Positions 1 through 10,952 of a stretch of 64,000 nt of DNA are shown piece by piece. The notes beneath the pieces were generated by a model that did not search any database, was not told the origin of the DNA, and was given only the letters and a program-made list of their open reading frames with translations. Source of the DNA: an uncultured virus (IMG/VR IMGVR_UViG_3300003690_002543). Lineage: Duplodnaviria > Heunggongvirae > Uroviricota > Caudoviricetes. Made by a program: the position numbers and the translations under genes. The DNA lies in the IMG/VR virus record IMGVR_UViG_3300003690_002543. The stretch is one strand, 5' to 3'. Position 1 is the stretch's first letter. Every line of letters starts with the position of its first letter.

Positions 1-3
1 AAT

Positions 4-1316
4 ATGAATTATAATTTTAGTGGTAATGATCAAGATTTTTCTTATGAAATGAAAGACATTTTTTCTAGACCTGTGTTAGAAACAACAGGATTTGATTATA
101 GTCGTATAGATAATAATGAAACTCCTGATCAAAGTGCAAAGACTTTATACGGAGATAATTCTTTATTTTATATTAATTTACTTTTAAATAATACTTTAAA
201 TAAAAATGATTGGCCCTTAAACGAACTTGATTTTACTGAAAAATTGAATGATTCATACAAGGGATATGCATTTCATATATTAGAAAAACCATGTTCTGAA
301 TTAAGGCGTGGTGACGTTATTATTACAACAAATGATCTTGCTGTGGCCAAGAATGATCCCACTTGTACAAATGATCCGGGGTGTTATCCCACATACGCGA
401 TTATAGAAAAGTGGGATCCAACATTAAGAAAAATATGGGTGAGAGAATATACATTTGGTAATGTATCTGGTGCAACGGATACAGTGGGCGAATTATTTAA
501 AGAAAATAATACATTTAAGATTTTTCATAGAAATGATGAAGGTAAAATTGATATTGACAGTGTTGAATTGTGTAATATAAATGCTTGGATTGAAAATGGC
601 ACTGAGCTTGATCCAAATTATACTCCAGCACAAGAGACACCTCCGCCTGTAACACATACAGTATTATTACAAAATAATGAATTTGTTCCATCAACTCTTA
701 CGGGTGTAAAAGCTGGCGATACTGTTAAATGGGAATGGGTAGATGGTTTACATAATGTTATATCTGGAACGTGCTCTACTTCTGATGGTCTTTTTGCAAG
801 TGACACGAGCCCGGTTCCGGGAACTATTTTTACATGGGACGTTCCTATAGATCAAGAAGTAGGCGATATTGACCCTCTGGGGGCATGGTAGGTACAATTA
901 CAATAGAAGAATCTAGTGGTTCCGATGGCACTTACCGCACTTTTAAAATGAAACAAGTACATCCATATTTAACTTCAGTAATAAATTTTGAATTTTATGG
1001 ACGAACAACATTTACTGTATTAAATTCATATATGAAAAATTTAAGTGAAAGTTATGATATTAACAGTTATGTTGGAGAATACAATGCCGGTAATACAAAT
1101 GGCACTTGTTCTTTAATTGATGCTTATATTTTACAAGCAAATGGACAGACTGGTTCAGATGATGAACGTTTTGTTGTTGATACTAGAATTTCAAGTAAAG
1201 AACTAAAACAAAATCTCATTGAGGAAAATGAAGAAAAACGTTATGTAAATTTCTTAAAAAAACCTCTTGTGGGCAATGTGGTAGAAGCATTAAAGAGAGA
1301 GTATAATGCAAGCTAG
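4..1316 (+). CDS. Baseplate wedge gp53-like protein with an inserted cupredoxin-like domain; split into ORFs 4-891 and 885-1316 by a frameshift near 873; 5' end may lie outside the window
   Basis: N-terminal gp53/LysM-like motif ETPDQSAKTLYGDNSLFYINLLLNN..WPL; C-terminal gp53-like EENEEKRYVNFLK in the second ORF; located in the baseplate cluster. Confidence 0.7.
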
Positions 1317-3909
1317 TAAAAATGATGTAGTTATTCATGAAATTGCAATAAAAAGAGAAGGTGATGAAGAATATACTTCATTATTTTTAGGAGATGGTAA
1401 TAAAGCTACAACTCTTGCTTCATTTACAATTTCTGAGGGATTATTTCAAATTGGGTTAAAAGGTCAAATAATTTTAAATGACCCAAATCCAGATTCAAGT
1501 GATCCAGAAACTTCTTTGGCTTCATTCGCAAAAGCAGGATCAAGAATTAAATTTTCTTTTTATACAACGGATGAATTCGATGATGTTCATAGTGTAAATG
1601 ATTTGGAATTTTATGTGTACAATGTAGCTTATGTTTCTGATCTTGGTCCGGGAGTAATAAAAAATAATGCAACTTCACACTCAATGTCATATAAGTTAGA
1701 ATTTGCTTCATATGAAGGAACTTCCCTAGATTTTCAAGATTTTACATTTTTAGATGATGATTATGTTGGAAGAATAGATGAATTTATAGAGAGAGTTATG
1801 TCTCAATATCTTTCACCAGAATCTCCAGATAATACTACACAAGTACCAGCCGAAATAGTTCCAACATATAATGGTGTGTGGATCAAAGATACTGTATCAT
1901 ATTATCCGTGGGGCAAAGAAAGAGGTGCAGGTAGTTTATTAAAATTGATTAATAGTTCCGTAGATTTTGCTGTACCTGCTTTGGGTATTCATATAGATGA
2001 TGATGGAACAGTTACTGACAGAGGTTCCCCAGAAGCAAAAAATCCATCATATACATTTTATCAATCGCTTCCAGAAGGACAGTGGCACTTTAAACCAATT
2101 GGGGGGCCCTTGGGTTTTATTAATAATATATTAGAAGGTACTGAAGGAAATGGATTTCATACCTATTACCTAAGCAATGATGAGACAACATATAAAAGAG
2201 CAAATGCATTTAAATTGGTGACAACTAATGATATTTTGAGTTTACAAAATAAAGGTGTTCTTGGTTCTCATTATACAGTAGTAGAACCAAATTGGGTTGG
2301 AATTTACAAAGGTATATCAGCAGATTGTGAACGCAAAGAATGCCATATGGAAGACGATGATGAGGGGGGGGAAGAAGAAGTATGTGAAACTATAGAAATG
2401 ACTGAATCTGAGGAAAAGGCATTTTTTGAAGGAGTAAACACATATTATCATGACACAATGAGTATTGCGTCACATTTTTCAAAAGAAAATATTGAATATC
2501 GTTATAATAGTGATTTCTTTATCTATCCAGAAGATGAAGTACCCGCATATGTGGGTCCACTTTTTGGAGGTAAACTCATGGGTTCTAATGAAAATCCAAC
2601 TTTTTCTAAAATTGATGATATTGTTTATGGGTATTTTGATATTCGTTATCTGAATAAACCCTATCCAACACATAATGATGATTATTGTAGTGCAAGAGGT
2701 CAGAAATATATGTGGCAAACAATGTTTGATTTAACCGATTTACCACTATATTCCAATGAAGACACTGGAGATGTTGGAATTGAATATGTTGTTAATAATA
2801 TAAGAAAACCATGTAAGAGTGGTCGAATAGCATATGGGGTGCTTAAAGATCTAAAAGAACAATGGAATAGATATCGACACAGTATATGTTGTGATAGTTC
2901 GGGCCGGGATGAATTTACTGCAATGCTTGTTGGCTTTACGGGAGCTAATACTACTGACGAAGATGGGCTGATTTCTGTAAATAGAGAGCAAATTCCTTTT
3001 GGTCTTTCTGGTGCGACAATTGATAATTTGTATAGGTATTCGTTTGTAGAAGTTGAAGTGTGGCCAAAAGAGCTTGTACCAAAGGGAGTTTCTGCAAGTG
3101 ACTTTATAGAAGGAGTATCTGATGAATTAAGTTATTATGATTATTTAATATCACAAGATATAAATTCTGCAACAGGAGGTCCTCATAAGATTTTCATTTC
3201 GGGCCATGGAGTTGAAGCAGGAATAACGTTTAGTATAGGTTTATCTGCATCGACACCCAGTGGGCAGGATTATAATACAAATCAGGAACAAGATTTTTTT
3301 GTAATTCCAGTTGAAGGTGGAATACGTTCAATGTTTAGTGCATATAATACAAATGAATTAGTAAATAGTAAAGCCTTCACGAATGCTGGTATTAATATCA
3401 AAGGATATAGTTATCCAACTGGGTTTGATTTGATGGCCATAGGAGCAATGACAAGTGGTGTAAATGATGAAACAACTCCTCTTCCAGACACATATATGGG
3501 CTCTGTTGTAAAAATGGAAAGTATTCGTCCAGAAGATTTAAATACTATAAAAACGGAATCAGATTTCATTGGTGGTAGTGGATATACTGGTCCTGAAGGT
3601 ATAACTGGATCAGATTGTATGAGTGTGGTTGGATTATTAAATAAAATTATGGGCACAAAAAATTTACCTACCACATTTTGTGGTTCTACTTTAGATATAT
3701 CATACCAAAGAATTGTAAATATTATAGGTCCAGATGGAAATGAAATTCCACGACTTGAATATGAGGAAATTGACCGGGATGATATAGAAACCAGACCTTG
3801 TATATTAGATAATGCTTCAGCACAATCAGATGCAATTGTAGAAGGAATTACTGCTTCTACTGTGTATATTTTCGCTTCTGAAAATGATCATGATGGGAGA
3901 TGCTCATGA
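1306..3909 (+). CDS. Putative baseplate hub (gp27-like) N-terminal part with large insertions
   Basis: N-terminal FTISEGLFQIGLKGQIILND resembles the start of T4-like hub proteins; lies between gp53 and gp25. Confidence 0.45.
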   Translation: MQASKNDVVIHEIAIKREGDEEYTSLFLGDGNKATTLASFTISEGLFQIGLKGQIILNDPNPDSSDPETSLASFAKAGSRIKFSFYTTDEFDDVHSVNDLEFYVYNVAYVSDLGPGVIKNNATSHSMSYKLEFASYEGTSLDFQDFTFLDDDYVGRIDEFIERVMSQYLSPESPDNTTQVPAEIVPTYNGVWIKDTVSYYPWGKERGAGSLLKLINSSVDFAVPALGIHIDDDGTVTDRGSPEAKNPSYTFYQSLPEGQWHFKPIGGPLGFINNILEGTEGNGFHTYYLSNDETTYKRANAFKLVTTNDILSLQNKGVLGSHYTVVEPNWVGIYKGISADCERKECHMEDDDEGGEEEVCETIEMTESEEKAFFEGVNTYYHDTMSIASHFSKENIEYRYNSDFFIYPEDEVPAYVGPLFGGKLMGSNENPTFSKIDDIVYGYFDIRYLNKPYPTHNDDYCSARGQKYMWQTMFDLTDLPLYSNEDTGDVGIEYVVNNIRKPCKSGRIAYGVLKDLKEQWNRYRHSICCDSSGRDEFTAMLVGFTGANTTDEDGLISVNREQIPFGLSGATIDNLYRYSFVEVEVWPKELVPKGVSASDFIEGVSDELSYYDYLISQDINSATGGPHKIFISGHGVEAGITFSIGLSASTPSGQDYNTNQEQDFFVIPVEGGIRSMFSAYNTNELVNSKAFTNAGINIKGYSYPTGFDLMAIGAMTSGVNDETTPLPDTYMGSVVKMESIRPEDLNTIKTESDFIGGSGYTGPEGITGSDCMSVVGLLNKIMGTKNLPTTFCGSTLDISYQRIVNIIGPDGNEIPRLEYEEIDRDDIETRPCILDNASAQSDAIVEGITASTVYIFASENDHDGRCS

Positions 3910-4577
3910 AAGATTCAAATATAAGAGCTGAGATAAAAAGAAAATTAGTTACAGCAGATGAAAAAAGTATCTTAATAGATAAAGATTATTTTGATTGCGT
4001 TAATATTAAAGGCGCTGCTGATAATCAAGGATGTAGTGCAGAAAATCCATTATGTAATTGCCCATGTGCCACTGGAGCTGGAGAGGGTGATTTTGCTCCT
4101 GCTGTTCCTTTATTTAGAGAACCAAAAACTGTCGAAATACGATGGGCAAAAGAAAGAGTAGCTCCTTGTTTAGAGGATGATCTTTATAAGGGGTATTTAA
4201 CAGTTAATCCAGATGCTATTTTGAGCAGTTGTGATACTCGTTGCCATGGGAAATATTTTCATAATCTATTTAAGGTATTGCGAACATATTCAACATTTTG
4301 GGATACTGGTAAAAAAACACCATTGTATAGAAATGCTCTCTATGGATTAATACACGCCCAACAGGCTGAAATGGTAGTACCCGGAAATCTTGCTATTAAA
4401 CTTGGAGATTTTATTTTTGTTCCAGATGATGGTTCATCAGTTGCAAGTGAATATTCTGGTGGTTGGTTAGTTGCACAAATTGAACACAATATTATTGGGG
4501 GGCAAAATTATACAATGAATATAGGTTTAATTAGAGATGGTAAAATAAATAAAACTGAAATAGGGGGGGGAGGATAA
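3900..4577 (+). CDS. Putative baseplate hub (gp27/gpD-like) C-terminal part with a Cys-rich N-terminus
   Basis: C-terminal VPGNLAIKLGDFI..YSGGWLVAQIEHNI..YTMNIGLIRDG is typical of the hub C-terminal barrel. Confidence 0.55.
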   Translation: MLMKDSNIRAEIKRKLVTADEKSILIDKDYFDCVNIKGAADNQGCSAENPLCNCPCATGAGEGDFAPAVPLFREPKTVEIRWAKERVAPCLEDDLYKGYLTVNPDAILSSCDTRCHGKYFHNLFKVLRTYSTFWDTGKKTPLYRNALYGLIHAQQAEMVVPGNLAIKLGDFIFVPDDGSSVASEYSGGWLVAQIEHNIIGGQNYTMNIGLIRDGKINKTEIGGGG

Positions 4578-4582
4578 TAAGT

Positions 4583-5020
4583 ATGACAATTTCACTTTAT
4601 AAAGATTTTGATGTAGATTTTTCAATGAATTCATTTACACATGATATTTCTATAAAAGTAGATATAGAAGCTATTCGTCAATCTTTAACAAATTTACTTC
4701 TTACTAGACCAAAGGAAAGATTTTTTTCTTCAGAAGNNNNNNATATGGCAGTTGGTTTACAAGATTTATATTTTGAACTTGATCAAGATAAAAGTATGGC
4801 TTTAATTATTTACGATAAGGTCAGATCTGTCATAAATAATTATGATCCTAGAGTTAAATTTAAAGATTTTAGTATTGAAAAAAATGAGTTAATTTCAGAT
4901 GGGTCTGCAATTATTGTAAAAATTGAATATTCAATTTTTGCGGCTTCATCTAATATAACAGAAACATCAACTATGATAGATGGAATAATAATAAGAATAG
5001 AGGGACCATCAAATGGCTAA
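4583..5020 (+). CDS. Baseplate wedge subunit gp25 (contains a 6-N gap at 4737-4742)
   Basis: YKDFDVDF..DIEAIRQSLTNLLLTRPKERFF..INNYDPRV gp25 motifs; directly precedes gp6. Confidence 0.85.
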   Translation: MTISLYKDFDVDFSMNSFTHDISIKVDIEAIRQSLTNLLLTRPKERFFSSEXXXMAVGLQDLYFELDQDKSMALIIYDKVRSVINNYDPRVKFKDFSIEKNELISDGSAIIVKIEYSIFAASSNITETSTMIDGIIIRIEGPSNG

Positions 5021-6698
5021 TTCTACTATACAACTTGGGCGGATGGATTTTGACGAAATACGATCTAGTATAAAAGAATTTATGGAAAGCCAAGGAAATG
5101 AAATTGGTTTTAATTTTAATGGATCTATTGCAGCAACTGTCTTAGATTTATTATCATACAATACAATGTATTATGCTTTTTATTCAAATATGCTAATAAA
5201 TGAATCTTTTATTGATTCTGCTCAACGAATAGAAAGTTTAATTTCATTAGTAAAACCATTTGGATTTACTATATCTCATAGACAAAGCGCGGCTGTTGAT
5301 GCAGCAATAAAAAATACTGATCAGGCCAGTATAACATTTACTCCATATGTGGACACAATCACAGGAAATTTAAATGGATTGCAATATACATTTTATTATA
5401 CAGGTGATATAATTAATATTTTAGAAAATGATGAGAAAACACTTATATTTTATCAAGGTAAATCTGTTGCAGTTAAACAACCCGTAGCAGTTAATTATGA
5501 AACTCAAACATTTGAATTAAATGATAAATCAATAGATGTAAGAACACTAAAAGTTTATGTACAAGAAGGAATTAACCAAAAAGAATATACAAGAGTAAAA
5601 AATACTGATTCTAGTCTTAGTTCAATTAGTAGAGTATATTTTCTAGAAACAACAAATACTGGATATAAAATTCTTTTTGGTGGATCAACAGATACAGATG
5701 GAAGTCAAATAGGAAGAGGTGTTGGGAGTACAGAACCTGTGTTTGTGTGCTATGTTAGTGGAAGCGGTTCAGAAGGCAATAATGCAACTAATTTTACAAC
5801 TGGTAAACTTGGCGCAGAAGTAACCAACAATCCAACAGCTTCTGGTGGTTTTAATTCACCAAATTTAAATAGTATTAAATTTTTAGGACCCAGACAGTTT
5901 TCTTCTCAGGGCAATTTAGTTTCTGTTTCAGATTATGAAAAACAAATTAAAGAAACTCTTACTGGGTTTCAGGTTAATGAAAATAACCCCAGAAAAAATA
6001 TTTCTGTTTATGGTGGAACAGATGCTGCTGATGGTACTGCTGGGTTTGTGTATTTTTCTTTATACGGTGAAGATTGGCCCATTACACAGGGTGATGACAC
6101 TGATTCAAATACACAAGTTGTAAATAATTTAACAAATAAACTTCCAGTTGGACTTTCTTTAGAATATAAAAGACCAACAAATGCAACAATAACATTTAAT
6201 TTAGATACAATTGAAGGAACCGTGGCGTTTAATGATCTTTATTTTAGAGGAGGGCCTCCTCCCGGAACCAGAGGATTTAATCAAATAGTAAAATCAACAG
6301 CCCCTCCTTTGGGGGTTGGAAGTTGGAGTAGTGTAGCGGTTCAGGTTACTCCATTTGGTTCTTTGAGTGATTTTGGAAATCAATATAAATTTGATCTTAA
6401 AAATAAATTAAGTACAGAAAATTTTGCAACTAGTGGGGGAACTTTTGCAGTACGGGGAACTGATGACGAAGATGCAGACTTTGTTGCAACTTTGCAAAGT
6501 GGTACTAATATTGCATATGGAGATGCTGGTACAGTGATAGGAACCGTTAATGGATCTGAAATTGATTTTACATTGGGCAATGATACAAATGCTTTTAATA
6601 GTATTATTGGTATTAGTGGAAATTATGATATAACTGATTCTACTGTTGCATCTAACATTGTTATAGAACATGAATTATTAGGAGAGTTGGCTAGTTAA
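5013..6698 (+). CDS. Baseplate wedge subunit gp6
   Basis: MDFDEIRSSIKEFM..FNFNGS..LDLLSYNTMYYAFYSNMLINESFIDSAQ; SQGNLVSVSDY. Confidence 0.9.
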   Translation: MANSTIQLGRMDFDEIRSSIKEFMESQGNEIGFNFNGSIAATVLDLLSYNTMYYAFYSNMLINESFIDSAQRIESLISLVKPFGFTISHRQSAAVDAAIKNTDQASITFTPYVDTITGNLNGLQYTFYYTGDIINILENDEKTLIFYQGKSVAVKQPVAVNYETQTFELNDKSIDVRTLKVYVQEGINQKEYTRVKNTDSSLSSISRVYFLETTNTGYKILFGGSTDTDGSQIGRGVGSTEPVFVCYVSGSGSEGNNATNFTTGKLGAEVTNNPTASGGFNSPNLNSIKFLGPRQFSSQGNLVSVSDYEKQIKETLTGFQVNENNPRKNISVYGGTDAADGTAGFVYFSLYGEDWPITQGDDTDSNTQVVNNLTNKLPVGLSLEYKRPTNATITFNLDTIEGTVAFNDLYFRGGPPPGTRGFNQIVKSTAPPLGVGSWSSVAVQVTPFGSLSDFGNQYKFDLKNKLSTENFATSGGTFAVRGTDDEDADFVATLQSGTNIAYGDAGTVIGTVNGSEIDFTLGNDTNAFNSIIGISGNYDITDSTVASNIVIEHELLGELAS

Positions 6699-7819
6699 TG
6701 TCTCTTTTCCCTTTTATAAGATCATTTGGACCTAATACTCTAGGAGACTCTCTTCTTGGTGTTGGAAATAATATATCTGACATTCATAGAGACTATGCAG
6801 TATCATCTAATATTGAGTCATTTGAATTAGAAGGTGGGGTCATATCAACAGATTATATTAATGTTGAAACACAAGTTCCTTTATGGATAAGAGAAAGAAA
6901 TGAAACACCCGAATTAAATGCAAAATTAGTACCTCTTTTACAAAAATATTATGATTGGTTATATTCAAAAAATGGAAGTGAATATATTTTAGACGATCAA
7001 TTTGCAAATATTAAAGATATTGATAATTGTCCTGATGAATTGGTTAGACATTTTTTGGCTTTATATGCGCCCGACTTTAGTGAAATTTCTACTTTTGATT
7101 TCATTCAAATACAAAATATACGAAATTTTTTGAGATCGATTCAAGATCGATTTTATGCAATAAAGGGAACAGAACAATCGATTGCGTATTTTTTTATTAC
7201 CTTATTTGATGCAACTGATATTCAACTAACAAATGGATTTTCTACTGGTTCTGCTGGAAGTTATAATTTGATAGTAAATTTTCAAATACCACCTACTAAT
7301 GGGGAATGGGAGGAAATTAAAAGATTATACAAATTAATTGTTCATCCAGTTGGAGTTGATGTAGTTATTGAGAGAGGATCAGACAGTGCAAATGAGGCAC
7401 AAGCAATGCTTGGGGGTGGTGAAAGTGGAGGATCTGATGGTGAGATACCAATATTTACTCCATGGGAAATAGTTACATATGGAGATGGTGCATATGATGG
7501 TACTGGAACCGGAGAAGAAATTTCTATTATTGGAAATTATTTCCCATATACGTTAGAAGATATTGAAAGTATTGTTGCAACGGCTGGTTGTTCTGGGTCC
7601 ACTGCACATGGTGGAATTACAGGTGGTGCTACAGGAAACACATACACAAATATGACGACATATGCACATCCAGATTGGTCAACCATTACAATTGCTGGTA
7701 CTTCTTTTGGTTTGATAAATATCTATGACTTTGCATTTTTAAATGCTGCATCTGGGAATACGTATGTAAACGATTACAGAGCAAATAACAATGCCTGTCC
7801 CGCAGGAGGATATAGTTAA
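6698..7819 (+). CDS. Baseplate wedge initiator gp7-like protein
   Basis: QVPLWIRE..LLQKYYDWL..IKDID..FYAIKGTEQSIAYFF..VHPVG; position between gp6 and gp8. Confidence 0.75.
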   Translation: MSLFPFIRSFGPNTLGDSLLGVGNNISDIHRDYAVSSNIESFELEGGVISTDYINVETQVPLWIRERNETPELNAKLVPLLQKYYDWLYSKNGSEYILDDQFANIKDIDNCPDELVRHFLALYAPDFSEISTFDFIQIQNIRNFLRSIQDRFYAIKGTEQSIAYFFITLFDATDIQLTNGFSTGSAGSYNLIVNFQIPPTNGEWEEIKRLYKLIVHPVGVDVVIERGSDSANEAQAMLGGGESGGSDGEIPIFTPWEIVTYGDGAYDGTGTGEEISIIGNYFPYTLEDIESIVATAGCSGSTAHGGITGGATGNTYTNMTTYAHPDWSTITIAGTSFGLINIYDFAFLNAASGNTYVNDYRANNNACPAGGYS

Positions 7820-9714
7820 TGGCAATTACTGCTAGAAGAAAAATTTTAAACACAGGAACAAATAAATATCAAAGTGCTGTTCGACAAATGCAACGAGCAA
7901 TTTATTCTGATAATGTTTATGTATCACTTAATGGAAATACTATTACAACAGATGTCAGAAATGATTTAGAAAATCTTAATTCATTTTGGATGACTTCTTG
8001 TTTTATGCAGCGAGTTGTTCGTGATAATTATAGACTTTGTTTTCGTCGCCGTAATTGGCAGAAAACTAATATCTATGATAGATATGATTCACAACAAGAA
8101 CCACAAGAACAAAATTGTTTTGCTTTTGATACGACAATAGGAAATGGAGTTTTGTTTTTATGTGTTGGTAATAATGAATATAACAGAAGTGATATAAGAA
8201 CAGGATCTGTTTACAAGCCAAGTACAGGATATACAAATGTAAATGATTTACCATCAAAGGTTATAGAATTGGATGATGGATATAGTTGGATTGCTTTGGG
8301 ACAGAGTGATACTAGATTTACAGATAGTAATTGGATTTCTTTAGAAATTCGTGATGGAATAAGTTTCTTTGGTAATGATCAAGGAACATATGTTAATGAT
8401 GGTGTTTCTTTAGCAGATTTTAAAACGGCAATATGTTCTCCATTTAATGCGGGTGAATCAGGAGCCGCAGGGTTTTATCCAGCATTAAATGCTTATGATC
8501 AAACGTCTGCATCAGAAGTAGCATCAGGAGATATTTTATATTCAATAGGAAATATTGAACGATATGACGTTTTTACAATGCAGCAAGCATTGAAAATATC
8601 AGGAGTAAATTCTCAAATTAGATTTGTTACAGGAAGCACCACGGGCGCTACAGCATCATTACCTTCTTCTACTACCATAACTTCATTATATGAACAAATT
8701 GCCAATTCGCCTTTTACAACATCTTCTCCTGTTGGTTGGTATAATGAACACGTAAATGGTTGGGGAAAAAAAGAAGGTTCTGTTGAGATGATTTATCTTG
8801 ATATGACAGATATAACAGCAGATGATTTAGTTGTTGTGAGTTCATCTAAACCATTAATATCAGTAAAAGGAAATGGAACATCACCATCAGCAGAATTTAT
8901 TTTATCCAAATTAAAAGAAGGTATTTGGGAAATACGAGGTGTTAAAATATCCTCGAATTTAGCTACAGGAGAAAGAGAAGTTGGTAGTGGAAATACTCAT
9001 GTAGAATTTGTTGTAACAAATACAGATAATAATAGCCTATTTGAAGATGCTCTTAGAGCACTTATTACTCCATATGGGGGGCTGCTCAAAGAAGAAAATT
9101 TGTATGGACCTATTATTCCAATTAATGCTTTTATGATAAGTGTTACAATAAATGAATCTGATATTGTCAATGTATTGGCAAGTGATGCAGCAAATCTTCC
9201 TGCTCCAAGTACTTTTGATTCATATGCATTAATTGTTGATGCAAAAAATGAGTCAAATTCAAGAGAATTGGGATTAGATCTTCCTCCAAATAAAATAGAA
9301 TTTATAGATCAAATGTTTGCTGCGGAGTTAACACCAGTAAGTGGAGGCGTTGATTTTAGTACAGGCGCTAAAATTTATGAAGCATTGCCTTCAACAGATA
9401 CCAAGATCCCCAGAGGAGAATTAATAGGTATAGTACAAACAGTTGAAAATCCCACGCCAATTTCAGGAGCAGCATATGTTTCGTGGAGTACTGCATTGCC
9501 TAATAAATTTGGAGACACAGCTACATTTTATATTGGTTCAGGGAGTACGTTTAAATTGTGGACGCAAACAACTACAACAAAATCTTTAGATGCAGAACCA
9601 CTTTCAGGAACATTAATACATATTGGTGAATCTAATTTTGATATAAATCGAAGTTTTACAACTGATACTGGTTCAGAGAAGAGAATTTCAATCAAATATA
9701 TAACGAGGGTATGA
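7819..9714 (+). CDS. Baseplate wedge gp8-like protein
   Basis: RRNWQKTNIYDRYD..LFLCVGNN..KPS..DDGYSW pattern of gp8; synteny. Confidence 0.7.
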   Translation: MAITARRKILNTGTNKYQSAVRQMQRAIYSDNVYVSLNGNTITTDVRNDLENLNSFWMTSCFMQRVVRDNYRLCFRRRNWQKTNIYDRYDSQQEPQEQNCFAFDTTIGNGVLFLCVGNNEYNRSDIRTGSVYKPSTGYTNVNDLPSKVIELDDGYSWIALGQSDTRFTDSNWISLEIRDGISFFGNDQGTYVNDGVSLADFKTAICSPFNAGESGAAGFYPALNAYDQTSASEVASGDILYSIGNIERYDVFTMQQALKISGVNSQIRFVTGSTTGATASLPSSTTITSLYEQIANSPFTTSSPVGWYNEHVNGWGKKEGSVEMIYLDMTDITADDLVVVSSSKPLISVKGNGTSPSAEFILSKLKEGIWEIRGVKISSNLATGEREVGSGNTHVEFVVTNTDNNSLFEDALRALITPYGGLLKEENLYGPIIPINAFMISVTINESDIVNVLASDAANLPAPSTFDSYALIVDAKNESNSRELGLDLPPNKIEFIDQMFAAELTPVSGGVDFSTGAKIYEALPSTDTKIPRGELIGIVQTVENPTPISGAAYVSWSTALPNKFGDTATFYIGSGSTFKLWTQTTTTKSLDAEPLSGTLIHIGESNFDINRSFTTDTGSEKRISIKYITRV

Positions 9715-9725
9715 GGTAAAATGAA

Positions 9726-10376
9726 ATGGGCGTAGAAGACAATCAATATCAAATTTCTAATCTAAATGCAAATACGTCATTTTTTGATTGGTACACAAAA
9801 GAAAATGATGATGTTATTGCAAAATTAAATAAATTAAAAATTTATGAGATTGATGTTGCAGGATCTCTATTAGAAGGTATAAGCGCAGAACTTGGTACTT
9901 CTGGTGGACATACTTCTGGTTATTTAAATTTAGGTGTGGCAGACAAAATTCCCCATGGAATAACCATAGAAGGATGTGTAGTAGTCACTGATTGTATAAG
10001 TTTTACTCATACCGCATCTGCTGCAACTGCTGGTATAACCCCGGGCTATTTTGTTTGTGTTGATCAAGCAGGTGGCATAACTCTTTCGGCTGCATCATAT
10101 CCCGGAGCATCGGCAGGAGGAATTCCATTTAAAAAGCATGAAACTATTGGCGTTGTTGAGTCAGTAAAAGGCAATAGCGTTAGTATTGTTGGGAGTGGTA
10201 AATTTGGAGGATTTAGTGGACTTACAGCAGGGCAAGTATATTATCTTGACGCCGCGGTAACAGGAGGATATACTACTAATGCTCCTAGTGCATCTGCGAC
10301 AACTAAGTTAAAGGTATTTATTTCTACTAGTATAACAGAAGGAATTGTTCAAATTGGAGATTCTACTACTAATTAA
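9726..10376 (+). CDS. Putative virion structural or fibre-associated protein
   Basis: N-terminal TSFFDWYTKEN motif and GLTAGQVYYLD segment as seen in phage fibre proteins; Gly/Thr-rich. Confidence 0.5.
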   Translation: MGVEDNQYQISNLNANTSFFDWYTKENDDVIAKLNKLKIYEIDVAGSLLEGISAELGTSGGHTSGYLNLGVADKIPHGITIEGCVVVTDCISFTHTASAATAGITPGYFVCVDQAGGITLSAASYPGASAGGIPFKKHETIGVVESVKGNSVSIVGSGKFGGFSGLTAGQVYYLDAAVTGGYTTNAPSASATTKLKVFISTSITEGIVQIGDSTTN

Positions 10377-10385
10377 ATAATACTT

Positions 10386-10913
10386 ATGCTTCGTCCATGT
10401 AATCAATGTAAATGTAAAAAAGTTAAACATAAATATGATCATATTTTTTCAAGACCCTCTAGTGAAAAGGAAATTAAAAATATTATGAATAGTGGTTTTA
10501 GTATGATTAAATCATTTGCCATGTCGATGGCATCTCGTGGAATCAATAATAAAAAAGTAGATATTCCGGTTAAGAAACTTCGTGTTTTGGGTTGTTTTGG
10601 AGATCAAGGCAAAATTTCTTCGTGTTCGCATTTAGCAAAAAGTAAAACTGAAGGTAAATTTTATTGTTTGGGATGTGGTTGTGGTGATAAGAAAAGAACA
10701 TGGTTGGTTTCTAACGGTAAGGAATATTCAAAATTAGACTATCCAAAATTAAATTGTCCTTTGAAAATGCCTGGATTTACTAATTATGAAACTTACAAAG
10801 ATGGAAATGATGAAAGAAAGAAAAATATTGAAGAATATGAAATTGAAGAATTAAATAAAATTTTTGTAACTTCACCTGATCCTCCTCTTCCCACAAAGGA
10901 ACAAAATTCATAA
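10386..10913 (+). CDS. Cys-rich hypothetical protein (putative metal-binding)
   Basis: CNQCKC, GCF, SCSH, YCLGCGCG, NCP motifs. Confidence 0.55.
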   Translation: MLRPCNQCKCKKVKHKYDHIFSRPSSEKEIKNIMNSGFSMIKSFAMSMASRGINNKKVDIPVKKLRVLGCFGDQGKISSCSHLAKSKTEGKFYCLGCGCGDKKRTWLVSNGKEYSKLDYPKLNCPLKMPGFTNYETYKDGNDERKKNIEEYEIEELNKIFVTSPDPPLPTKEQNS

Positions 10914-10952
10914 TTAAACATCTTTTTGAGCTAAATACTTAAGAGGTGTAAA

